From: Dicyema japonicum | Taxonomy: Eukaryota; Animalia; Dicyemida | NCBI GenBank assembly: GCA_011109175.1 | Contig: RDEW01000040.1 | Location: 62,001 to 126,000, forward strand | Direction of reading: 5' to 3' | Length of the DNA stretch: 64,000 bases | Part shown: one piece after another, positions 34,150-47,219 of the stretch | Numbering within the stretch: position 1 is the first letter of the stretch | Layout: every line of letters begins with the position of its first letter | Notes under the pieces: generated by a model | Seen by the model: only the letters and a program-made list of their open reading frames with translations | Databases searched by the model: none | What the model was told of the DNA's origin: nothing | Made by a program: the position numbers and the translations under genes

Positions 34150-34978
34150 TCTTCTCGTCGCTTCTGCAACACCGTGGACAATCTTTCATGTTAGATTCCT
34201 CCACGCTCTCTTTGAGAAGGTGATTTTTCGATGGACATCTAAGTCGTCTGCATTTTCGAGTTTCTTTACAGTCCCATGATCTTCATGAATTGCAATAAGG
34301 AGAGATTAGCGAAGACGTCCGCGATATCCACAACTGCTTTGAAAGTAAGGTTCAATAGCATTTTTTCGGAACTGCTGTCCATTCATAAGAGATGCTGCCC
34401 TACAGAAGTCATCAAATGCATCTCCATTGGCATTTCTTTTGCCTCTGCTGTGACTTCCACCATTAAACCGTCTTCTAACTTTTAAGTTCCAATCTTCAGT
34501 AATAAGAACATAAGGTCATGATACCATCAAGAGTTGGAAACAGTGGTGTGTACAATATGTCAATTTGATCTGGATTTTTTCAAATTATACCCACGGTGGG
34601 AGTCTAAAAATTTATGATTGTTGGTAATTTATTGCTAGATTATGCAAATCCTGTCATTGATTTTTCAATACTTTTTTATTGTAATGCTTTGATGCAATGA
34701 TTCCTGATAGGTCCCCCAAGCCCATTCTATTATGACTACCGTCCAGTTCCAGAAATCTGTATTCACCATTGTCTACATTCGGTTCAGTGGATACTTTAGT
34801 TTCCTGAAAACATACAAGTCATTCTGTAATGCTGAATGTTTTGGCAAAGCTGAATTTATGTATTTTAGAACATATTGTTCTCGCATTAAAAGTCATTGAG
34901 CTAAAATTCTTTCTTCCACGGTGTTTTTAAAACATTATTAGCACTAAGTGCTAGAAGACGTCACCACCTCAACCAAAA
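34150..34978 (-). mobile_element. RTE 5' (endonuclease) remnant
   Basis: 5' motif ttggttgaggtggtgacgt (34976-34958). FQETKV, KINDRICI and RGKRNANG peptides. Confidence 0.7.
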
Positions 34979-34984
34979 CTCGAG

Positions 34985-36300
34985 ATATTTATTTAACACC
35001 CAAGACCACGGTAAAACCAAAACTAACTGTCACGTGATCCCGATGCACTCCGCCAAAATCCTCATTCTTTCCCGGTGCTCCTCCCTCGTACCCACACAAC
35101 CTCGTACTGGGCGGCTGACTGTATTTGCAGGGCCACTTTCCCGCATGCCGGAGTTTTGTTTAATGAGGGCCTCCAGAGTAGTCGGTCCGGTTTTGTGTCT
35201 CCCACAAGACCACCCCTCCGTCATTCTGAAAGCCTTCTTTTGAACGTCCTCGATTTTCTTAGTGTTCGTCCATGATAATGAAGGTCCCACGAAGCACACG
35301 CGTACGAAAAGCCTGGTTCGATGTATTGCTTGTAAATGTTCATAAAGACCGGGTGGGTATTTGTCTTCCATATTCCAGATAAACATTTTTATACATTGAT
35401 CCTTTTCTCGCACTTCAGAACAATGTTTGCCACGTGTGGTGACAAACATAAGTGTGTATCCAGTGTCACGCCCAGGATCTTCTGACATTTGGTGAAGGGG
35501 ATTTCAATGTTGTCCAATTTTAACTTGACAGTCATCTTCCCCAACCTTTTGTCCGAAGTAAACATAGACGTGACCGACTTTCTGGAATTTATCGTGATTC
35601 GGTCCATGTTAATTTGTAATCTTTCTGTAGCATTTTGGATATTCCGATCACGCGAGGCCAAAACAATGTCGTCCGCATATGAGAGTAGAACATCGTTATT
35701 GGATTCCGGTGTCGGGAGGTCTGTCAGGTATAAATTGAATAAGGCGGGAGATAAAGGAGATCCTTGGGGGACACCGTTTGGGAGAAGACGTGAGACTGAT
35801 TTCAGTCCTCCGAGGCATACACGTCCCCTTAAGAAATTTGTTATCCAAAGTTTAAGCTTCCCCGGGATCTCGGACTGGAAAATTTTCTTTGATAATATTT
35901 TTCTCGAAATAGAATCAAAGGCCTTGTTAATATCATTGAACAAAGACATAATAACAAAATTACATTCATTTATTATTAGTGAGAATCGTACTAACTCTCA
36001 ACCGACCCACGTATATTTAACGAAACTCCACCCTAGGAGATACAATATTCCATCTCTTAAGTAACTATAGGAGCTACACTGCTCCCTTTCAGGTTTTTTC
36101 TCGGACACTGCCAGACAGACTCGGATTCATGGAAAGCTTATCCAACTTATAACTGCTCTGGATTGGAATTTCTCTTCCTTAGGCCTACCGTTTTCGTTTA
36201 AGGAATTATGAGAACATCCGGCAGTATTGGTTGGTAATTCGAAGGAAACCAGTCGTTTATCAACAAACTAACAATTTTAAACATCAAAATAATTCTCTTA
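34985..36300 (-). mobile_element. Ingi/I-like LINE RT-3' portion
   Basis: DINKAFD, GVPQGSPLSPALFN, YADD, ILGVTLD motifs, followed by the family 3' end. Confidence 0.85.
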
Positions 36301-36341
36301 ATACTGTTAATAACATTAAATATAAAATTTACATAATATAA

Positions 36342-39300
36342 TCAAAGAGGATAATCAATAAATTGTCCACATTTTATAAAGCAATCTAGAGTCGCAATAA
36401 TACTGAGATTAGACATGTTCATATAAATATACAACTCCGTAACATCATTACAGACCCGTACATCAACCTCATCATACTCATTTTCAAACAGAGCAGACTT
36501 TCCACATGAATTCACATACATTAACTCAATGCATCCAATTTTGTATAAAACCTGCAAATAACCCCCATTTATTACCATAATCAAATCAACGATATCTCCC
36601 ACACTTAGACAAGGATCAAACATTTTAAAGACAGACTCCAACGAACAGACACCCACTTGTGCAAGTCGAGTAACAAGTCCTTCCACACAATGACGTAGAG
36701 GAGGAAGCATCAATGAGCCTGTTAATGACTTCCATGGGCGAGGAGTAAAATACGAGTCATCTACACTCATCATCCACGTGCTTATCCACGAACTGTCCAC
36801 CAATCGGCATTCCTGATAGGTCCCACAGACAACCTAACATAAATTACCAAGAAAACAAGATTTTCATTAATCATTTCCTCCAAAAACAGAGAAGGCCACC
36901 TCATCCTTCTTTATATCCATCAAAGGAAGCCCAACTACTCCACACGAAGAAATCTTCTTCCAGAGATCTTCGAACACATGAGACGAGGGAGATTTATCCT
37001 TCATAAAGCGATCAAATGACATCAAATCAACTTTTTTCACGGTTTTCTAAGTTTTTTACGAAAATCTATTACCATTAGATATTTATACGAGTCGATAATG
37101 GCTGTTGATTCTGTCAGCGGGGGAATCCCCGGCTTTGAAGATTTAAAGTCAACTTTAAATGGGATGATTTTAAAGAAATCGTAGGTGTCATCAGTGTTGG
37201 TCGTAAACCGGGTCACACTCTCATTGATCGGTCGGTCAGCTATTTGTTAGAACAACCACCACCATCAATCTCAATGTTTAATAGTGAGAGACTTGTATAA
37301 AGGTCATGTGGTGGAGCTTCGAATCCATAGTTCAACTCCATTGAAGGTTTCTGGTTTACATTTTCATCAAATGTGATGACATAATCACCCTCCGTCACGT
37401 TTTGATGAATTGGGGGAACACGTGACTTTTCCACAATCTCATCCAGACAGATTGGAGACTCCATCATCAATTCAAATGAGTTTGGGTTGTCATATAGTTC
37501 AAAATCATCATCATTCTCCTGTTCTGTCCTTCCCTGTTTATATAGTAGGTCTGGGACCCTTACTTCAAAGCGAATCTCAAGTAATTATCAGCCAATACAG
37601 AGTTGTTAGCCATAAGAACAGTCACTGTGTCCAGACACATCCGCGAATAGTCTATTCCATTCAAAAGACGTTCATTTCTAGGGTAATCATTCAGTTTATT
37701 GTAAAAGTAGAACGAATGTTGGCACATCCATGTGGAGTACTCGCATGAGAAGAAGGATAAATAACTAAATAGTGAGAACACATCTACTTTGGAGTAAAAT
37801 AACTATAGGGTTTATTTGAAACCCCAAACAGACTCTACAAATTAGATAAAATAGTACATTGGTTTTGAAGAGAATCCCAAATTCTATTAGTAGGTTATTA
37901 CAGTCTATCAGCTTGTCCTTTAGTTGCGAGGCTAAATCAACACAACCAGCGACTTCCAGATTCATTCCCCGCTCATAAATCCAACCCTGTCGTGTTAAAC
38001 AATATTTACCTGAAGAAACTCGACAATCTTCATCTTCTCAACGTCTTCCGCAGAAAAATTACGGATTAACCGTTTTTTGGAGCTAAAAAATTTCGATCGG
38101 TCACTCAAATGGGGGATGTCGTTCAATTGTTCGTTAAAGTTGGTCTTGGAAAGATTACATGACCTATCAATACAGAGTAAAAGATAACTTTTCCATGATG
38201 ATCTCAGCCAACTGATTGAAGGCAGAGTACAGCCGTCTCTGATGAGATATCTTCATAGTAAAAGGGACCTTGGCCATATTTTTAACGTCTCTCTTTATCA
38301 ATTTTTTTACAAAAGAAAAGACACGCTGTTTCAGTACCACGTGATGTCTCCTCAATATGGCGTACCTTCTGTCACAAGCATTGTACCCCTTCTTGTATCG
38401 AATTTTCTGTTATAATCGTAAAAAACATACAGGACAATATTTAACAATTATTCTGCGTATACTCTGCCAAGACAGCTTGATTTGTCGTTTACTGGCGTTG
38501 GTCATTGATTCCTCAATTGCCTTACAAATCAACAACTACCATAATCAGCCATATTCAACCAAGACATCCTCCCGTTTGGTCCAAACTTGCCTTAGATCGT
38601 TGTTTAAAGAGGGATCCTCATCACTACTTTCTTCATAATAAGACCAATCATCTCCCAAGGATGACCGTTTGGGAGTCGAATTGATCGGTTTTTGTTTCCG
38701 TTTGACTTACGTAAAATCAGAATGCAACCACTCCGCCTCGCCTTCTTCCTCAAATGATAGGATTCGTTCTACAATAAAGACACGTGACACCTGAGGGAAG
38801 AAATACAAGGAAATTTCATCCGGAGTCAACCAATATTTCTCCAAATGCCTGGAATCCAAATTAACCGATACATCATCATTTCAGAAGGGGTCCCCAACGT
38901 TCCAAGTCCATCCCCAGGTATTCTGTCCATCTCTTTAACCTCTTCAGTCTTCATGAGACTCAGCGAGGCACACAAACGGACAATAGCCTTATTAGTATCA
39001 TCACTGTTCAGTTTATTCGGGATTTCTATAATAACATGTCATTTCCAACCGTCAACAAACTTTCCAGGAGTTTTCAGACATAAAACTTTTAATTCTTCCC
39101 AAAACTTAGACACTTCTTCCAAAGTCCTCAAATCAAACGCTTTGATATCCCAATCTCCATCTTCGATGTTATTAACAAGTTTCACAGAGTCGTGGAGAAA
39201 ATAGTGCATCTCCCATTATTACAAACCTCACCTTATTTAAACACACAATGTCAGGGGATTTGAGGACAGAGATTAGCCCAAATATGATCATGTACTTCAG

Positions 39301-41470
39301 GTGATGTCGCAAAGAATTTAGAAACCTCTGTCGAGAAGTGACAAATTTCACAATTTGAGGAGGCTGAAGTAAAAGGGGATCCACATGGTCATTTCGTCAG
39401 CTTCCATTATCTCAGTAATCTCCCCTGGCTACAATCAAACATAAAATTACAATTTCAGTAACTCTCATCAAATCTATAACAATCTCCAAAGGAATATGGT
39501 AGACAATATCAATCCCCATAAACCATCCATTTGCCATGTCTCTAATAAGTAACCTATCACCAACCTGGCATATAATTGTCAATTTTTGGGAGAAAACGAC
39601 GCCAGTCCTTCACGTCTAAATAAACGGGAACATTCACAGAATCCATAAATTCTAAGTTATGAAGAAAAACGAACTATAAACATCAATCTGGTCTGTATTT
39701 TCCCTTCTTTTGAGAATGTACACCAAATACTCGTGGAGAAGTGATATCCTAATGTTTCTGGGCTTAACAGAATAGCTGATAGTCTTCTAAGCATTAGAGA
39801 ACAAAAGACTTTTGATAGCTCAGCTTTCACTGCTGGGGACAGAACTGATATAGAGGAAATCATGGTAGCGTATTCTCCGAGCTTTCTGTGGGCATTTAAC
39901 AAACCAGGAGAAGAGATTTTTTTCTTTGGGGATTCCACGTAGGGTTTTTCTTCAGGGATAGGCAAGATGGGTTCAATGTAGGAGGACTTGTGGGGTGGTT
40001 TGTACTTTTCCGTGAGTCGGTATTTACTGGAAAATAAAAAAACGGAAAACAGATCGTCCTTGATTTCTATTTTCTCCAATATATTCTCAGATACGAGAAA
40101 TCTGAGATGTGAACGTAATTCGTACCAACGAATGGTCGTTTGGTCACGTAGATTGATAATTGTACAATATTCTGGGTACCACAGTCTCAGGAGGTTCAAA
40201 ATCTGCTCAATGTTTAACAATCCAACATCAAAAGACTTATTTTCAAAAGAATAATCTAGAATTAAAAAGACCCTTACTTGAATTGTTGTGAGACTCATGG
40301 ACGTCCTCAGAATCATTAGTCACCAGTCTATAACCGTACATGATTTTACAAAGGCTTGGATGAATACAAATATTACGATTTCTTATTATTTCTCTTCCGA
40401 GGAATCTGTTTGGTGAACCGTTCAATGACTTGAGATCCTTCGATCCGTTCAATAGAGTGTTTGGAGCTGATTTTGTCAGATTAAATTTTTCTTCCTATCA
40501 TGAGCACGTGAGCATACAATGAAGGCGATCAGATCTTTCTGGAGGCACTGATGGTTTTTCCGCGATTTCATAAAGTCGACAACGGTTTCCGTTAATATTT
40601 CTCGCTTAAACTCCTGGAATCCAAAGAATCGACTCAGGAACAACACACGTGTGTTGGTCAGATTTGAGAACTTGACATGGAACGATGCAATTCCGACCAA
40701 TGACGTTTGCTAAGGATTAGAGGAAACTAACCTTCTCACGAATTAGCTTCTTGGCGGACAACATCTTCTTGAATCGGTAAATGTTCTTTGGCTCATTATT
40801 GACAATATTTAGCAGAACTGTATTCGATACGGTGCAGACACCCACGTGCCGAGATCTAGGCATGATATATTTATTCGACCTCCCAATCCTCTCCAATATG
40901 CAGTAAAGAGTTGGGGATACTCTCCCTCCAACCTCTCCAAACAGAAATCGATTCCTTTGTTCCTGAGACGCCACGACAACTAATCTGTCTCCGAATCTAC
41001 CAAAATGAGGCTTTCAATACTTATTGACGACGTTCTCGTAATCCTTTAGATCCTCAGGGAGGATTGGATCACGATTATAAAAGGACGAACAAGATCCACG
41101 AACGTTTTCAGTGATGACTTGGTTGAATGGATACATCTCATCTTCCTAAAAATAATTCACAAGAAGATACCTCGAAATTCCGTCTAAAATTTATCAGCGA
41201 ATTCTCATTTTTATTTTCACGTGGGATAAGAAAACTGAAGGTCGGTCGGGGAACTTCTAGCGAGAACATTTTTAAGTCTTCGTGTGACACAAGAAGAGAC
41301 CAGATTTGCTTTTGTATTGGTTTTTCAAAATCGTTATTTTCGCATAAATTTCTTTCTTTTAACCTTAACCAAAGTGTATTTAATGTTATCCCTAAAAATA
41401 GAGAAAGTTTTGAACCATCAAGCCCTTCCAGGGCGATTTCTTCGAGAATTGCTTGCTGCTCAACCTCCAT
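36342..41470 (-). CDS. GTF3C1: TFIIIC largest (B-box-binding) subunit
   Basis: N-terminus LEEIALEGLDG..TLWLRL, VASQEQR...YCILERIGRS, and C-terminus PRPW...G.L...LYKIGCI...ATLDCFIKCGQ. Many micro-introns; internal exons only partly resolved. Confidence 0.88.
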
Positions 41471-41654
41471 TACTTCCTAGTTTTGAAATTTAAATATTTT
41501 ATTTATTTTTATTAACATCAAATAAAATTTAATATTTATTTGATGAATTTTTAATTTATTATTTTTCTATTCATTATTTTTTGAAAAATGAATACAAGTA
41601 AAGTCTTTTAGTTAAGAGACCAAGATTGCGAAAGCGTTCCCATTGATCACCGCC

Positions 41655-41812
41655 ATTTTGAGCCTCTTCCGGAAGCGGAAGTTTGTAATGAAGTATTGGA
41701 AGATGGATTTGGTCGGCACAAGCAGATGTTCTCCCTTTGGTTCCTTCCTGGATTAGTTAGTTATGACTGTTTGTGTTGGGCTTACAATAAGCCTGGGGTT
41801 AATAATAATAAT
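41655..41812 (+). mobile_element. SINE family B 3' fragment
   Basis: gaagcggaagtttgtaatg...ggttccttcctggattagttag...ggggttaataataataat. Confidence 0.7.
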
Positions 41813-41849
41813 CTAGAGTCTCCATCACACGATTAGTTGTGAAATGAAG

Positions 41850-42490
41850 GGAATAAATTTTTTGTCGGCAGAGCTCGATAGCGAAAAAATGTACAAAAAA
41901 GTCGTTGAATAATCGTTCAGTTTCGTTTTTATAAAAATCCCACTTTCCACGTTAATAGTTTGTATACGTCTTCGTGATCCTCCTTTTCATAGGTTGATGA
42001 TTGAAGTTATAAAAGTATGTTAGGCGTGTAGTTAGGAAGACATGAAGAAATCAGTGGGATGTATATATTGACAATAATGAAACAAGCATTGTTGATATTG
42101 ACATGGATAGACGCAATTTCCATATGAGGATCGTCCATAGGGAGGGAGTTAATAGAAGAGGTCGAATCGGCATCCCCAGTTGTAGAAAAAAGGCGGTCCG
42201 GGCGAATGATGAAATAGTATTTAAAACAAGGGTTTTTAGACTTCGGAGTTAACTTCGACTCTTGGATAAGACCAATGTCTACGGAATTCTTGTAAATAAA
42301 GTACTTCAGATCATTGCATTTCTTGGAATGTTCAGTTCGAGGATTTCAGCCTTCAAACAGTGAAAGCGGGTCCAGGGTTTTGCTCACGTCTTTTGAGAGG
42401 ATCAATAGAAGGAACTGGAGACGTCAGCTTGGCGCTCGCCTCGTAGCCACTATCAGGCATAAACTCGACCCTCGCAAATTGGCCATTTTT
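41850..42490 (-). mobile_element. Ingi/I-like LINE endonuclease remnant
   Basis: VDIGLIQESKLTPKS...RPDR...IIVNIYIP peptide. Confidence 0.7.
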
Positions 42491-42619
42491 GGTTCCTTAG
42501 AATATTATGGCCAATTTGAAAAAAATAAAATCAATAATTTTGAAGAACAACGAACGGAGAATTTAAAAAATAACTTAAATGACCAAAAAAAGATATTTAA
42601 GTTTTATTAAACTAAAAAA

Positions 42620-43740
42620 TAATTCCTAACTGATTTTCTTTGCTTCAATAATACTTGCTTTGTACTTTCGATTGAAGAAATTAAAGAAACTTCATGTTCA
42701 TTCTCAACATTAGCTATGAGTTCCCTCTCTATTGCAGTCAATCTCACTGCAGTGTCCATTTTGGCTACATGTTTAATTTTTCAGATTCTTTTTCACTGTT
42801 TTAGAATCTTCTAAATAATTTTCATTAATTTCAAAAAATGCTGCCTTAGTTTCATTTAGAAAACCACCTTGAAAATTGATTTTTCTAAAAATACCTTTAG
42901 ACCCTATTACCTCCATCCATTCTACCAACTTCTCTTCAAGCTTTGAAAACTTTGGTTTATGTGGAGCTTTAATTACAGTTGATTTGTTTAAAATCTTTTA
43001 AAATAGTGTCTACAGTAAAAGATTATTTATTGTTTTTCTCGATATCGTCTTTTAATACAAGTGCGAAAATCTATCAGCTAACTCCTGGCACGAAATAACA
43101 TCAATTTAACAAAGGAAAATTAATTTTTTGAAAAACCAATTATCAAGTGTGTTGTTAAACCCCTTCAACGTTTTGATTTAACTCTCCATTCCATTTAAAT
43201 TAAACACTTCAGGCTGTTTATAATAATTTTCAATACTTGAAGATCCGAATAAAATTCTTTACCACATTAACATCTTCTCTTCAACCTCTCCTACAATATT
43301 TAAAGAATTATCAAGTATTTCAGGGCACATATTAAATTCATTGCTTTAGTCAATTCAGCCGTTTTTATTTCATTTTTTGTCAAAGAAAATCTTCCCTAAA
43401 TTCGATGTTCAAAAAATCCTCTTCTACCATGGTATCTCATAAATCGGACCTTAAAACAAAGTCATTACAATTTTCAAAATTGTTCTTATGGGTCTGTTCT
43501 TTATTGTACCATTTGACATTAAAACTTTTAAAATGGTACTTGGGCAGATTTCATTCCAAGCAAAGCTCAAATATATCATGGCTTCATAATGTTCAGATTT
43601 ATGCTTTAAATGTGTGTTTGCCAGATTCAATTTGTTAAATTATATCATCGTTTTCTGCTAGTAAACTGCGTTTAAAAATGTAAATTTCTTAATTCTAAAA
43701 TACTTTTCTAGCCTAGTAACCTCCGTGTTATGAATATCAA
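42620..43740 (-). mobile_element. pogo/Tigger-like DNA transposon remnants
   Basis: FSKLEEKLVEW (CENP-B-type HTH), EAMIYLSFAWNEICPSTI (DDE_1 C-terminal part) and KQ..V.NYF end. No TIRs recognised. Confidence 0.5.
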
Positions 43741-43849
43741 CTGCATGTCGTCCATAAATATTAATTTAATATAAATTTGTAAAAATTTGAACTTTGAAAC
43801 CACTTATGAGTAAATAATTTCATACATTTTATCTGTTAGCTGGTTCGAG

Positions 43850-45350
43850 ATAAATAAATAAAATTGTTCCAAAGACCAAGAGTAAAACAGACTTACTAAT
43901 TTCTTTATCTTGACGCATTCCATGAGTACCCTCACCCAAGAACATTGGTTCAGAGGAGCTGGGGTCGATTACAAAACTCGTCGACAGGAAACGAAATTTC
44001 TCCCGGTGGAATGAATAATTGGATCCTATTGGCCAGGCATTGGACGTCTACAATAAGGTTGATCCAATGACGCCATCAGAATAAGGAAGATAAAATTTAA
44101 CCAATTAGTCAAATAGTACCACACGCTGCTTGCAAAATGGTAAAGTCACGTGACTTTCTGATTGAAAGATAACAACTGTCATCGGTTCTGTTACAGATTG
44201 AGTGGTAAACGGAATGGCTACGATTCTTGAATCTGGTCGGAGAAGGTCTTGAAGACTTCCTGAGAATTCTGCAAAAAGGGAAATTAAATTGTAGATCTAG
44301 GGCAATTGTCAATATCTCAGGAGTCAGGCTCGTCTTCACAACATTACCTCCAGTGCTTCCTGATAGATGACTTGCATTCGTTCAACGCCACTGTCAAGAA
44401 TCTTGATGAATAATTTTTCACGTTCGAAAAAGATTTATTCCAACGAGCAGATCCAAAAACTCTTCCCAACCTAACGTTCTATTCTTTCCAAAATCTTCGA
44501 TACCACCAAGGTAATAGAAATTGGTCTGTGGGAGGAAGACAAGAAGAATCATTATTTTTGAGTACAGTGATAACCATAACAGGAATAAAATATGAGTTGA
44601 TTGAAAATTAATAAATTGCCTTGAGGACACAAAGTCTGTTAGGTTCAAGGTGTTTCAAGTGGAGGATTGATACTCCATGAGGGCTTTTGACAGGCGAGTT
44701 GGGCGTATTTTAGATCAAGTCATGGATCAGAGTTATGGTAACTTGGATATGATTCCTCGGGCCTCGTGGTGGTTGGACTCTCTTAGGTCAAATATCTTTG
44801 GACTTTGGAATGCAGGACATCAAGTCGTCTGCCTGACAATAAAATTCTTTAGTTCGGTTGTTTTCATCAAGTGCCCCAACATGAGAGGAGCTGGATTCAA
44901 TTTGACTCACCTGAACACTGAATCTCTAGAATTTTTGAGGTATTGAATTTTGGTTAAGATGGGAGATATTTCAGTCCATTTTTTATTCTTGACTTTAGAA
45001 ATAAATGTGTTTATTTCCTTATTCAATGAGGATAGCTCTGTTTGATGACTGATCCTCGATCTTTTTAAGCGTATCCATTCACGAACGAGGTGGTGGATCT
45101 CACTATTAAAGTAGGGTTCGTATCCAATTTCGTTTTCCTGTCGTTTGCGAAGGTCCGGCAGAATCTTTACCGACATCAAGAAAATCAACGAAACAAAAAA
45201 TATTCACTTAAAAGACATTTTCCGACCCTCATGTCAGTCAAATATACCGGAGAAGACTTGAAAGAGGTTCAGCCCCCCTGTCACGTTTTAGCTAGTCGAG
45301 AGCTATAAGAGGTCCCTTAACTTTTTGCTTGTCGACAGGAGTTGAACGTC
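43850..45350 (-). mobile_element. Degenerate Ingi/I-like LINE (linker + RT)
   Basis: Linker LNKEINTFI...KKWTE, RT motif HRPISITLVVSKILERI, and a GVIGSTLL remnant. Confidence 0.6.
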
Positions 45351-45411
45351 CTGATTATCTATAGCCCGTTAGGTTTGCAGCAGGTTGGCTTTTTTATCGC
45401 GTTTTTTAGCA

Positions 45412-45945
45412 TAGTGATTATTAACCTTTTTTAAGTCAGCGCCCCTTTTCGATACAATTTTGAAGCTTCAAAATTTCAGCGCCCCTCAAGATTTAATTTA
45501 ATTTTTTTCAATTGCGGATTTATTTGGTCATTTTTTCAAATTGTAAGTCGAAACTGTTTTGCCATAATTAGAGTGCAATGCCAACTGACCAAATTTTAAT
45601 ATTATTAAATATTACTAATTATTTTTTAAATTAAAAAGTTTATTCAAAAACAAAACTTTCTTTTGTTATATAAAAACAAATTTAGTGACTGCCTCGTGCT
45701 TGATGAGAATTTGTCAATCTCCTCTAATCACAATTTGTAAATTATTTCTTTTTTGGGCAAAATACAGACAAGAAAAAAGAATTAATTAGAAAGGCACGTG
45801 ATAGAAGTACACACAAGAAAGTAGGACTAATTAGAAAAGCACGTGATAAATGATTTATAAAACCTAATGAAAATATTTATAATAATTAAAAAATTAAAAT
45901 TCCAGCACCCCTAATATGTTCCAGCGCCCTCGTTAAGAACCACTG
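45412..45945. mobile_element. Non-autonomous hAT (Buster-type) MITE
   Basis: Right TIR rc CAGTGGTTCTTAAC; decayed left TIR TAGTGATTATTAAC. Flanks ttttagca / gtttatca are a 6/8 match with central TA. Confidence 0.6.
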
Positions 45946-46159
45946 GTTTATCATACCTCCTACGTGTCACGAGAAACACATATGGAATCGAAGATTACTC
46001 CCATGATTTTTTTCCATTTCTTAAATATTAGTTTTTCTCATCCACTTCATTTTCATTTGACTTGTTTGACATTTCCTTGTCCGAGGTGAATATGGATGTA
46101 ACGGATTTCTAAATATTTTTTTTAAATTATTTATTTTATTATAAGGAAAAAGAATAGTT

Positions 46160-47040
46160 AATTTTAATTATTCAGCTGTTGGGAGATGCATAAGCTATTC
46201 CCACGGACAACAGCCAACGAGAGCCTCTCCTTGAGCCATCTCGTCTCACGAAGATCACCAGTTTTGTCGGATAGTAGTTATCCAAGATGATTCAGGAACT
46301 TCAGCGTTTTAGGGCCAAAGTTCCCCGAAGTTTCAATCGCGACAGGTGCGAAAATGTACCTGTCGCTGATATCCGAATACTTAGCATTTTTCATTTCCTC
46401 TGCTTGAGAAAAAGGTCTGCCCGGTGAATTATTTTTTTTGCTTGGGGCGAAAGAGCAGACACAGGTCACATCTCATACAAGGTTTCGCCCTCGCTCGAAA
46501 GGAAAGGAGGTCATGCCGTCAGGGCGTCTTCCGTTGTCAAATAGACCAGTCGGTTCGATCCGGCAACGGAATCCAGCCGATTCTAATGCCCTCTTAATGA
46601 TACCGTTCATTGCCGAATGTCGAGAAGATCTGCCAATTCCGCTCCGGCATGAGAGGAGGTGGAGACCCAGTTCGTCCGATAGACAGCCACATTTGCACTT
46701 CGATTTGGTGCAAACAGGCAATCCGAAGTGTAGACATACAGCTGTACGAAGGGAGTCATCATCCAACAATCCACCAACTTCTTGACATGGGTAAACCCCA
46801 AGCCAAGATCCATCAACCGCCTCCCTCGAATTTTGGAAACAGTCCAGGCGATGTCCAGAGAGCCGGCTGACTAGGTTGGATGCCAGAGCATTCCATCTAT
46901 GGATCATCCAAGACGATTGTTGGTCTGGATTACGCGGCTCGCTAAGCCCTTCACTCCGCCACACGTCCATGTATTCAACCAAGTCATTGGACAGTTTCCG
47001 AGATGGAAGTTTTGAAAGAATTAAGTCCACTTGGTTTTTG
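46160..47040 (-). mobile_element. CRE-clade non-LTR retrotransposon 3' portion (zinc knuckle + RLE)
   Basis: SWL...LDDDSLRTAV, CKCG...GLHLLSC...RH, RPDG, WDVTC, FAPVAIETSG, ERLSLAVVRGN. Confidence 0.9.
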
Positions 47041-47219
47041 CATGAAAGTTTTGAGGCAAAATACGCCGGACCAGCAATTTGGCAGGGAGTAGTAAGACCG
47101 ATTCCACGATTCCACCCAATGATATTTTTAAATTATAAAATTACTAATTTTTTAATATTATAAAATATTAATTTTTAAATATTAAAATAAATTTTACTTT
47201 TTGGGAATTATTATTACTA

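Noticed and set aside
34700-36824. Identical 16-mer attcctgataggtccc at 34700 and 36809
   Set aside because: About one such match is expected by chance in 64 kb, and the contexts are unrelated.
44907-45188. ORF that first looked like a host gene exon
   Set aside because: It matches the LINE EN-RT linker, and RT motifs follow downstream.
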